From Fibrobacterales bacterium (GTDB lineage Bacteria; Fibrobacterota; Fibrobacteria; Fibrobacterales; JAOPTW01): a stretch of DNA of 26,096 nt. Location of the stretch: positions 169,902-195,997 of the forward strand of contig JAOPTX010000008.1 of NCBI GenBank assembly GCA_051532055.1, in the 5' to 3' direction. The notes beneath the pieces are model-generated. The model searched no databases. It saw only the letters and a program-made list of their open reading frames with translations, and was not told where the DNA came from. The position numbers were made by a program, and so were the translations under genes. Below, one piece after another: positions 18,589 through 26,096 of the stretch. How positions within the stretch are numbered: the first letter of the stretch is position 1; every line of letters begins with the position of its first letter.

Positions 18589-19431
18589 TTGACAAAAGTA
18601 ACACTGAGAACTCGTGTGTGGCAAATTGTGGCTGTAGCTCACAAAGGCGATATTCCGAGCTATATTTTTGATTGGTCGATCCTGACCCTCATATTAATCA
18701 GTGTATTGACGGTTATGCTCGATACAAACCCTGAGATATCGGCTGAATATCACCAATTGTTTCGTACTATCGAGATTCTGACGACACTCATGTTTTCAAT
18801 TGAATATTTACTGAGACTCTGGTCCTGTGCAACCCGTACCATGTATAGGGGGAACATAAAGGGGCGTCTTAAATGGATGACTACTCCTTTAGCTATAATT
18901 GATCTTATTGCCATACTCCCCTTCTACCTCACTCTCTTTGGATTGGATCCAGATCTTGCTCATATGCTTTCACTCATTCGAATATTGAGAATCATTAAAT
19001 TGGTGCGCTACTCAACCTCCATTAAAATGATCCACAATGTTTGGAGGTATAGTCGACATGAACTTTTTATTGCAGCGGTCCTAATCATCGTAATCACTAT
19101 TGTATCTTCAGCACTCATGTACTTTGCTGAACACCGGGTTCAACCCGAAAATTTTAGAGATATATTGACAACAATGTGGTGGACCGTTATGACCATTACC
19201 AATGTTGGATATGGTGATGTTGTCCCTGTTACCGGTTTTGGGCAATTCATTGGCTCTGTCGTTGCAATTCTTGGCATCGCGGTATTTGCACTTCCAACAG
19301 CGATTCTTGGTGCAAGCTTTATGCGTGAAATTCAAAACAGAAGAAAACCAGCATATGACTCATGCCCTCATTGTGGTGAAAAACTACAAGTACAGCAGGT
19401 CTATCGTCGCCGAGGTGTTGACGCACCTTAA
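18589..19431 (+). CDS. 6TM voltage-gated potassium-channel-like ion transporter
   Basis: Motifs FSIEYLLR, AIIDLIAILPFY, S4 RILRIIKLVRY, pore WWTVMTITNVGYGD and LPTAILG, plus C-terminal CPHCG; TTG start is uncertain. Confidence 0.9.
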   Translation: MTKVTLRTRVWQIVAVAHKGDIPSYIFDWSILTLILISVLTVMLDTNPEISAEYHQLFRTIEILTTLMFSIEYLLRLWSCATRTMYRGNIKGRLKWMTTPLAIIDLIAILPFYLTLFGLDPDLAHMLSLIRILRIIKLVRYSTSIKMIHNVWRYSRHELFIAAVLIIVITIVSSALMYFAEHRVQPENFRDILTTMWWTVMTITNVGYGDVVPVTGFGQFIGSVVAILGIAVFALPTAILGASFMREIQNRRKPAYDSCPHCGEKLQVQQVYRRRGVDAP

Positions 19432-19563
19432 ATTACCTCCAAAAGCTTGTTAAGTTTCACAGACATATCCACCTAAACCTTGTAATTATTAGTGCTACCT
19501 ATACCCCTCAATACTCATTTATCTATATTTTTCACAAATTCAACTCCTCTCAAAGGACTAATC

Positions 19564-20019
19564 ATGAAAGTACTTTCAAAAATTTTTCTTGTTGCCCTCA
19601 TTACAGTATCTGTTGCCGGTGCACAAGATATTATGACCAAAATGTATGGCAACCTCGAAACCCTCGTTACCATTTCTGAAGCACTAGCATCAGATGATTT
19701 CAAAGCAGCTCAAGTATCAGCCGCTACACTTAAAACAAGCCTTACTCCATCACCATCAAAGAAAGGGTCTCCAACCTATAAAACAGCATTCCCTTCTGTT
19801 GAAAAATTGACTGCTGCAAAAGATATCGCCGCTTTCAGAGAGGCATTCAAAGAGCTTAATGCTACAATCATCCCACATGTAAAAATGTACGGTGGTCTCA
19901 CAAAGGCTAAACTTTTTGAGTGTAAAGACAAAAAAGTTCAATGGCTTCAAAAAGGTGACAAACCTCGTAACCCTTATTTTGGCAAAAAAATGTTAAGCTG
20001 TGGTACACCGGTAAAATAA
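19564..20019 (+). CDS. Exported DUF3347-like putative metal-binding protein
   Basis: AAGGA SD and signal peptide ending AGA; ALASDDF, DIAAFREAFKEL and WLQ....RNPYFG..MLSCG. Confidence 0.75.
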   Translation: MKVLSKIFLVALITVSVAGAQDIMTKMYGNLETLVTISEALASDDFKAAQVSAATLKTSLTPSPSKKGSPTYKTAFPSVEKLTAAKDIAAFREAFKELNATIIPHVKMYGGLTKAKLFECKDKKVQWLQKGDKPRNPYFGKKMLSCGTPVK

Positions 20020-20044
20020 ACATTAGCGGAAAAAAATATAGTAC

Positions 20045-20073
20045 GCCCTACTCAACCGAGTAGGGCTTTTTTT
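20045..20073 (+). terminator. Rho-independent terminator
   Basis: GCCCTACTC-AACC-GAGTAGGGC followed by T7, between convergent genes. Confidence 0.9.
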
Positions 20074-20110
20074 ATGAATTATTTTGAGATAATTATTTTG
20101 ACCGCTTTAA

Positions 20111-22591
20111 TTACTTTGATTGAAAAGTGTATGATGTAACGGTAAGTAACGCAACAATAGCAATACTGACACTACTGAGAGGCATAAGAATTGCAGCCCA
20201 AAGTGGAGTAATAAGGCCCATAAGGGCTAATGATATTGCAAAAATATTATAGAGTATTGAAACTGTGTAACAGAGTTTCACACCAAGCCCCGCTCTTTTG
20301 GGAATATGAAACAGATTAATAAATTGATCAAAATTTGGTGAAATAAGTAACACATCAGCACCATGCCCAAGGTACTCAGCTCCACCCTTCACCACAACTC
20401 CAACATCAGCAGACGCTATGAGTAGTGAGTCATTAAATCCATCACCTATTGCAACGACTGATTGATCTGATTGGAATTGAGAGAGTACTTTCTGTTTCTG
20501 TTCAGGAGTTTGCTCAGCATATCCATGCCCAAAAGGAATTACTTCAAGGAGTGCATTAACTTGTTTTTGAACATCTCCAGAAACCAATACCGTCTCTACC
20601 TTTTGACGATTCAGGTACTCTACCGTCTCAACGACCCCTCTCTTGATCACATCTTTAAAGGTTATTGTACCAACAACATTTCCATTATAGACGAGTATCG
20701 AGTCAATTGAATTTTTTATAAGGTTAGTATTCCGCTCAATAGCCTGTAACTCATTTCGTATACCAATATCAGTTATATATGAATCATCAAATGAATTTGC
20801 TAAAACCCGAACACTGCATACATAGAGAATGTCCGTTTTAAAATCATTACTCCATTCACCCCGAAGTCCAAGTCCAACAATTTCTAGTGGTGTTACTTCA
20901 CTCTGGGATTTATTTCTCACAATTCCTTGATCAATAATACTCTTTTGGATAGACACTGAAACAGGATGTAATGAATGTTCAGTAAGTTGACCTATTTTAC
21001 CATAAAGATGGTGTTTGTCCTCTTTGGAGAGGTAACTCTCCCATTCCCAGCCAGTAATCTCTCGTTCAGTCATAGTCAGAGTACCGGTTTTATCAAAGAG
21101 AACGGCCTCTATCTTTTGTAACGTATCGATAATGTCGTGTTTTTTGGAGTAGAGTCCAAGTGCACTTAAGCGCTTAAGAGCTAACCCATAATTAAGGGGC
21201 CGGGCAAGAGCAAGAGCACAAGGGCATGAAACAACCAACACGCTCGCAGAATAAATGAGTGCAAATTCAAGACCTTCACTATAATGTACCCAAAATGTTA
21301 GAGAAGCACAAGCCAACACAAACCCGATAAACCAAGGAACAATTTTTTCAATCTGCTCGCTATTACGGTTTTTTTCTTCAACCATAAGATCAAATTGCTT
21401 TTTTAATTGTTCAATTCGGTTTCTGGATTCGCAGTTAGTAACCTTGATAACGATGCGTTCTTTTAAATTTTTATATCCTGCAAAGATTGTTGAACCACTC
21501 GACACTTTTTCAACATCAGATTCCCCAGTCAACAAACTTTTATCAAGCCACGTGACCGGTGTACTTAACGTTCCATCAATAGGGATATATTCATCAGGAA
21601 AAAGTACAATTTCATCACCATTTTCTATGAACTCAATGGGGGTATCTTCAATACCATTCTGAGTAACCTTTTTTACGAGGTCACTTTTGATGCCTTCGAA
21701 CCACCGCGTATCTATAACAAGAGATCGTTCAAACCGCTGAACTATCCAACGGCCAATGAGTAGAAAAAAAACAAGCCCAGACACACTATCATAATACCCA
21801 TGCCCTCCTTTTAAGGTTAAAAACAGTGACACTGCAGAAGTACACAGTATCCCAATTGTAACTGGGAGGTCCATATGCAACACCCTGCGATGAAGCCCCT
21901 GCCATGCCTTTTGATAAAAAGGATACGAGCAATAGGTAACAACGGGGAGGGATAAAAAAAGAGAATACCAGGAAAAAAGATTCACCCATTCAGAATCTAT
22001 TCCGGTAAACATGCCAAAATAGATTCCCAAAGAGAAGATCATAATATTTAAAAATATTGCACCAGACACGGCAATGCGAATGAGAAGAGATTTACTCATG
22101 GATGCTTGAGGAGTTGCATCATCTGCTACTGCATTAAAAGTATATCCAAAGGTATGGCAATACTGCAGTATATCATGGAGACTATAGAGGCTAGAGTCAT
22201 AGGTCAGTTCCATTACCCCTCGAAAAAAGTCAACATAGACCGTAATACCTATAAACTCTTTTTTGAGAACCGTTTCGAGAAGCCATCCACAAGCAGAACA
22301 GTGAATCTCATTTGAATAAAGTGAAATTGAGTGCTGATTCTCATTCCAACGACCAAGAGCACTTACGTCTTGAGCGTTATTTAAGGTGGTAAGTAAACTT
22401 TGATTTGAGGCGACAACTTTAGGGGCACGACTTTTTTCTGCTTCGAGTAATGTATAATAAAAGTCTAGACCATCCCCTGATTGTATAATCTGATATACCT
22501 GTAAACACCCATTGCAACAAAATTGATTACCTCCATCATCAACAATCGGTTCGTGTATAATAGAGTCGTGACAATGGATACACTGGCTCAT
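20111..22591 (-). CDS. ccoI: Cu-type P1B ATPase for cbb3 oxidase maturation (CcoI/FixI)
   Basis: CIHC/FCCNGC N-terminal domain, CSAC HMA motif, TGES, CPC, DKTGT and GDGFND; operon context. Confidence 0.9.
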   Translation of the reverse strand: MSQCIHCHDSIIHEPIVDDGGNQFCCNGCLQVYQIIQSGDGLDFYYTLLEAEKSRAPKVVASNQSLLTTLNNAQDVSALGRWNENQHSISLYSNEIHCSACGWLLETVLKKEFIGITVYVDFFRGVMELTYDSSLYSLHDILQYCHTFGYTFNAVADDATPQASMSKSLLIRIAVSGAIFLNIMIFSLGIYFGMFTGIDSEWVNLFSWYSLFLSLPVVTYCSYPFYQKAWQGLHRRVLHMDLPVTIGILCTSAVSLFLTLKGGHGYYDSVSGLVFFLLIGRWIVQRFERSLVIDTRWFEGIKSDLVKKVTQNGIEDTPIEFIENGDEIVLFPDEYIPIDGTLSTPVTWLDKSLLTGESDVEKVSSGSTIFAGYKNLKERIVIKVTNCESRNRIEQLKKQFDLMVEEKNRNSEQIEKIVPWFIGFVLACASLTFWVHYSEGLEFALIYSASVLVVSCPCALALARPLNYGLALKRLSALGLYSKKHDIIDTLQKIEAVLFDKTGTLTMTEREITGWEWESYLSKEDKHHLYGKIGQLTEHSLHPVSVSIQKSIIDQGIVRNKSQSEVTPLEIVGLGLRGEWSNDFKTDILYVCSVRVLANSFDDSYITDIGIRNELQAIERNTNLIKNSIDSILVYNGNVVGTITFKDVIKRGVVETVEYLNRQKVETVLVSGDVQKQVNALLEVIPFGHGYAEQTPEQKQKVLSQFQSDQSVVAIGDGFNDSLLIASADVGVVVKGGAEYLGHGADVLLISPNFDQFINLFHIPKRAGLGVKLCYTVSILYNIFAISLALMGLITPLWAAILMPLSSVSIAIVALLTVTSYTFQSK

Positions 22592-22594
22592 ATG

Positions 22595-23041
22595 TTATTC
22601 CCGGTGATAACGCTCTTCGACAAAGAGAACTAAAGAAGAGTCACTATAGACCCACAACTTAATAAGCCAAACTCCAGGAGTCAGTTTTATATCTGTAGAC
22701 TTCCACTCCCCTTCGCCTTGAAATTTTAAATTGAGCAATCGATCATCGTTAAGGTCATTATACCGCATACACTCCACTATAACAGAGTCAACAGCAATCT
22801 TGTTTAGAGGGATAGTAACCTGTACCATTGTTGAGTCGATTGAAAAGCTAAAAGCCTCTCCGAGAGAATCGACCCTACGTTTTGCCTCTATAACTGAGTT
22901 ATAAGCGATACCTTTTTGATAGTAATCCGTTTCGGTAAGAACAGCATTATTCTCATTAGAGATTGATACTATTATAACAGTCACAATCAGTATCATAATC
23001 CATATGACTATAAGTGCTTGAATAACTCGTGATTTTAACAT
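22595..23041 (-). CDS. ccoH: FixH/CcoH-family protein
   Basis: N-terminal TM helix, DYYQKGIAY and G.W motif; lies between ccoG and ccoI. Confidence 0.8.
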   Translation of the reverse strand: MLKSRVIQALIVIWIMILIVTVIIVSISNENNAVLTETDYYQKGIAYNSVIEAKRRVDSLGEAFSFSIDSTMVQVTIPLNKIAVDSVIVECMRYNDLNDDRLLNLKFQGEGEWKSTDIKLTPGVWLIKLWVYSDSSLVLFVEERYHRE

Positions 23042-23052
23042 GGTATCCTCTT

Positions 23053-24426
23053 TTATTTAGGTCCGACACTTACGACAGGAACATATTCTGTAAGGCCATC
23101 TACAATAACGCTAAAGATAGTTTCATTATGTCCAGAAACAAATTGATTCCGGGGAATCCATGTTAAAAATGTGAGCTCTCGTCGTTCACCAGCAGGTACT
23201 ATTATAGACGAACCAGACCAATTAGTACGCACTCCGGCAGCATTGGGCTCAATTGAAATGCGCATTAATTTATAAGACTTATTGCGCAATCTAAGAGTAA
23301 ACATATTGCGCACTTCACCATCCTCTTCAACGATATACGGTACAGACGATACTTTCGTTAAATTAATTTGGAGAGGTGAGCGAGTATTGAGCAATGTGAA
23401 AAATATGACAAAACAAATTATAGTAATTGCTGAGTATATGACAAATCGAGAACCCACAACTTTTGATTGACTATTGAGTACCTGTTTTTCTGATGCATAT
23501 CTAATAAGGCCTCTTTCAAGGTTATGCTTATCCATCGTTGAATTACACGCATCGATACATAGTGCACAGCCAACACATTCTAGCTGTTGTCCATTTCTAA
23601 TATCAATACCAGTGGGACATACCTTCACACATTTCTTACAATTAACACAATCACCATTTTTCTCATCTTTTTGGGAGCTTTTGAGCGACCGTGGTTCGCC
23701 ACGTACATGATCATAGGTAATCACCATCGACCGACTATCCGTAAGTACTGATTGAAAGCGAGCATATGGACATGCAATGGTACACATAATCTCTTTTACA
23801 AATGCGAAGTTCGCATAAAAAAAGAGAGAAATAAAAATCATCACTTTAAAGGCAAAGGGGTTCGCAGCTGGTGACTGCTGCATCGCGAGGAGCACTTCTG
23901 TTGGTCCTAAAAAATAGGTGAGAAAGAGGTTCCCAATTCCTGTAGAGAGCACCAAAAATAAAAGGTGCTTCACCACCTTTCGAATTACCCAATCAAAATT
24001 TTTGGGTCCGAAATCTCGCTTTTTTCGTTTAGCCGCCTTACCTTCAACAAGGTACTCGATATCGCCATAAAAAAAGTGTAAAAATACCGTCTGAGGGCAG
24101 GCCCAGCCACACCAAATACGGCCAAAGGTCGCAGTGACAGTAAATACCAATAATACTACACCAAGCACAAATGGGAAAAAGAGTTTAAGCTCTTGAGGCC
24201 AAAAAACTTTACCAAAAATGAACATTTTAAACTCAAAGGGATCAAACTTAATTAGAGGATGGCCATCGATTGATAGCCAAGGTATTAGAGCTGCAATACA
24301 GAAAAGAATGTATGCAACCATTCTACGGTTACTTTTAAACCTACCAGCGAGTTCAAGTGGGTAAAGCCATCGACGTTTACCCAATTCACCTATTGATCTG
24401 GTCCTGTTGCTATCCTCTTCAAACAC
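23053..24426 (-). CDS. ccoG: cbb3 oxidase accessory ferredoxin-like protein CcoG
   Basis: Motifs GRIWCGWACPQT, CPYARFQ, RGEPR, CVNCKKCVKVCPTGIDIR and CVGCALCIDAC. Confidence 0.95.
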   Translation of the reverse strand: MFEEDSNRTRSIGELGKRRWLYPLELAGRFKSNRRMVAYILFCIAALIPWLSIDGHPLIKFDPFEFKMFIFGKVFWPQELKLFFPFVLGVVLLVFTVTATFGRIWCGWACPQTVFLHFFYGDIEYLVEGKAAKRKKRDFGPKNFDWVIRKVVKHLLFLVLSTGIGNLFLTYFLGPTEVLLAMQQSPAANPFAFKVMIFISLFFYANFAFVKEIMCTIACPYARFQSVLTDSRSMVITYDHVRGEPRSLKSSQKDEKNGDCVNCKKCVKVCPTGIDIRNGQQLECVGCALCIDACNSTMDKHNLERGLIRYASEKQVLNSQSKVVGSRFVIYSAITIICFVIFFTLLNTRSPLQINLTKVSSVPYIVEEDGEVRNMFTLRLRNKSYKLMRISIEPNAAGVRTNWSGSSIIVPAGERRELTFLTWIPRNQFVSGHNETIFSVIVDGLTEYVPVVSVGPK

Positions 24427-24435
24427 AACGCCTCT

Positions 24436-25269
24436 TTATTTTTTAAGCGTGACTATATAAGCACCGATATCAGCAATTTTTTGATTACCAAGAATTGCTT
24501 TCCATCCAGGCATTCCCTTTGCAGGAACCCCAACGCCAATAGATTCTATTAATTTTGGCGTCGCAGCTGCGTCGTATGTTGTTAGAGCTGGGCCAATAGA
24601 GCCCACACCATCAATCCCATGGCAGGTTACACAATTTGCACTATACAGTTTTGCTCCATTTGTTGCATCTCCTTCAGGAGATGCTCCCTGAGCTGTAGCA
24701 GATTCAACTACTTTTCCGGTATTCAAACTTAAAATGTATGCCTTCAATTTTTCAATTTTAGAATCACCCAGTATTGCCTTCCATCCAGGCATCCCTTTTT
24801 CTGGAGTACCTTCACTAATGGATTTGGTCAATATTACAAGACTACCCGCTTCTGTTGAGTATTTATCCACAAGTGCCGGCCCTACAAGCCCTACTCCTTT
24901 TGCAGCATGGCATGCAATACAATTCGAAGCATATATTTTTTCACCTTCAACTATAAGCTCTGGTTTCGTATAATCCACGGCCACTGCAGATTGAGGAGCA
25001 CCACTTTTTTTAATTTCAGCATTAGCTTTTTTCACTGATGCATCATAATTAAAATCAGTCCATCCCAGAGGATTCTCTGTATTTTGTGTAATCTCATTTA
25101 TTGCATTTTCTTTAGCCATATAATAACCCATATAGGTAAAAGAAAAAATAATTGATGCGTAGAAGAGGTACATGATCCACTTTGGAGGCGGATTATCCTG
25201 TTCTATAATACCATCGTAGTCGACACCTTCGTGTGAGAGATTATTGTTCTGCGTATCTTTTTTATCCAT
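24436..25269 (-). CDS. ccoP: cbb3-type cytochrome c oxidase subunit III, diheme
   Basis: YDGIIEQDNPPPKW N-terminal motif, TM helix, CIACH and CVTCH each followed by GMPGW; start at MDKK overlapping the ccoQ stop. Confidence 0.92.
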   Translation of the reverse strand: MDKKDTQNNNLSHEGVDYDGIIEQDNPPPKWIMYLFYASIIFSFTYMGYYMAKENAINEITQNTENPLGWTDFNYDASVKKANAEIKKSGAPQSAVAVDYTKPELIVEGEKIYASNCIACHAAKGVGLVGPALVDKYSTEAGSLVILTKSISEGTPEKGMPGWKAILGDSKIEKLKAYILSLNTGKVVESATAQGASPEGDATNGAKLYSANCVTCHGIDGVGSIGPALTTYDAAATPKLIESIGVGVPAKGMPGWKAILGNQKIADIGAYIVTLKK

Positions 25270-25477
25270 TTTGGTACTCCTTGCTATTCTCTTCAGCAGT
25301 ATGTTGCTGAACGGAGGTTTCATCTTCTAAAATCATAGTACTTAAAGATTCGTAGTGTACTTTACTTCCTCTACGAAATACCCATAATACTATACCAGCA
25401 CTACAGGTTAAAAAGAGGACCAAGCCCAATATGGGCCAGTCAGTTAAATCAGCGTGGTTGAGTACATCTTTAAACAT
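25262..25477 (-). CDS. ccoQ: cbb3-type cytochrome c oxidase small subunit
   Basis: 71 aa single-TM protein between ccoO and ccoP, with GLVLF...IVLWVF and an acidic LEDE tail. Confidence 0.8.
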   Translation of the reverse strand: MFKDVLNHADLTDWPILGLVLFLTCSAGIVLWVFRRGSKVHYESLSTMILEDETSVQQHTAEENSKEYQNG

Positions 25478-25488
25478 ATACCCTACTC

Positions 25489-26096
25489 CTACTTAATGTC
25501 TGTGCCAAGGCGTTGTAAATATGCTATTAATGCAACCAACTCACTACTACCAGAATCTTTGATGCCAGCACCAGAGAGCTCTTCACCAATTTTTTTGCCT
25601 TGACTTTTTGCATCTGCTACTGCAGATTGTATTTCTGCCTCAGTATATGGAACGCCAAGAGTAACCATAGCATTGAGTTTTGCCTGAGTTAACGAGAGAT
25701 CAAGTTCATCTGCCGCAAGCCATGGATAGGCTGGCATGTTTGAGCCTGCACTGGTAACCTGTGGATCTACCATATGTCTATAATGCCACGCACTCGGCAT
25801 TTTTCCACCGATACGATGCAGATCTGGACCCGTACGCTTTGACCCCCACTGGAATGGATGGTCATACACAAATTCGCCCGCTTTAGAGTAATCTCCATAG
25901 CGCGCTACTTCACTTCTAAATGGACGTACCATTTGCGAGTGACAGTTATAGCAGCCTTCCCGGATATAAATATCACGCCCTTCAAGTTCGAGTGCAGTAT
26001 ATGGTTTAACGCTACTAATGGTTGGAACATTTGATTTTATAATAAAGGCAGGTACCAACTCTACAACAGTCCCAATTAAAATAAGTACCGCAACAC
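25489..26096 (-). CDS. ccoO: cbb3-type cytochrome c oxidase subunit II domain, 5'-truncated by the window (possibly a CcoN-CcoO fusion)
   Basis: Motifs GRDIYIREGCYNCHSQMVRP, WGSKRTGPDL, SNMPAYPWL and LIAYLQRLG; the frame stays open to the window edge (VAVLILIGTVVEL). Confidence 0.93.
   Translation of the reverse strand, partial: VAVLILIGTVVELVPAFIIKSNVPTISSVKPYTALELEGRDIYIREGCYNCHSQMVRPFRSEVARYGDYSKAGEFVYDHPFQWGSKRTGPDLHRIGGKMPSAWHYRHMVDPQVTSAGSNMPAYPWLAADELDLSLTQAKLNAMVTLGVPYTEAEIQSAVADAKSQGKKIGEELSGAGIKDSGSSELVALIAYLQRLGTDIK

Noticed and set aside
496..24973. Numerous 60-128 aa ORFs nested in or antisense to the main genes
   Set aside because: Shadow ORFs overlapping well-supported CDSs, with no recognisable motifs.

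Overview
AT-rich bacterial chromosomal window of mostly housekeeping genes, probably from the FCB group. Fibrobacterota is plausible from the Ser/Asp-linker lipoprotein and the Bacteroidota-style cbb3 genes, but this is inference only. Gene order: glyA, argJ, greA-holA, a GH16 lipoprotein, a solitary T6SS baseplate gene tssF, an RluC-like pseudouridine synthase, an FAD-dependent oxidoreductase, a methionine operon (metH in two ORFs plus a non-canonical MTHFR-like gene), a Zn-ribbon membrane protein, an output-less STAS/SEC14-like plus PAS sensor, a KvAP-like channel, a DUF3347-like protein, and the distal part of a cbb3 oxidase operon (ccoO-Q-P-G-H-I). No RNA genes, CRISPR array or mobile element were seen. 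The most notable oddities are the orphan tssF behind a perfect CRP-type palindrome, a K+ channel with an altered filter (TITNVGYGD) and a partly neutralised S4, metH split at the activation-domain boundary, and a diheme CcoP made of two closely similar domains. I cannot demonstrate a complete new multi-gene system from sequence alone.
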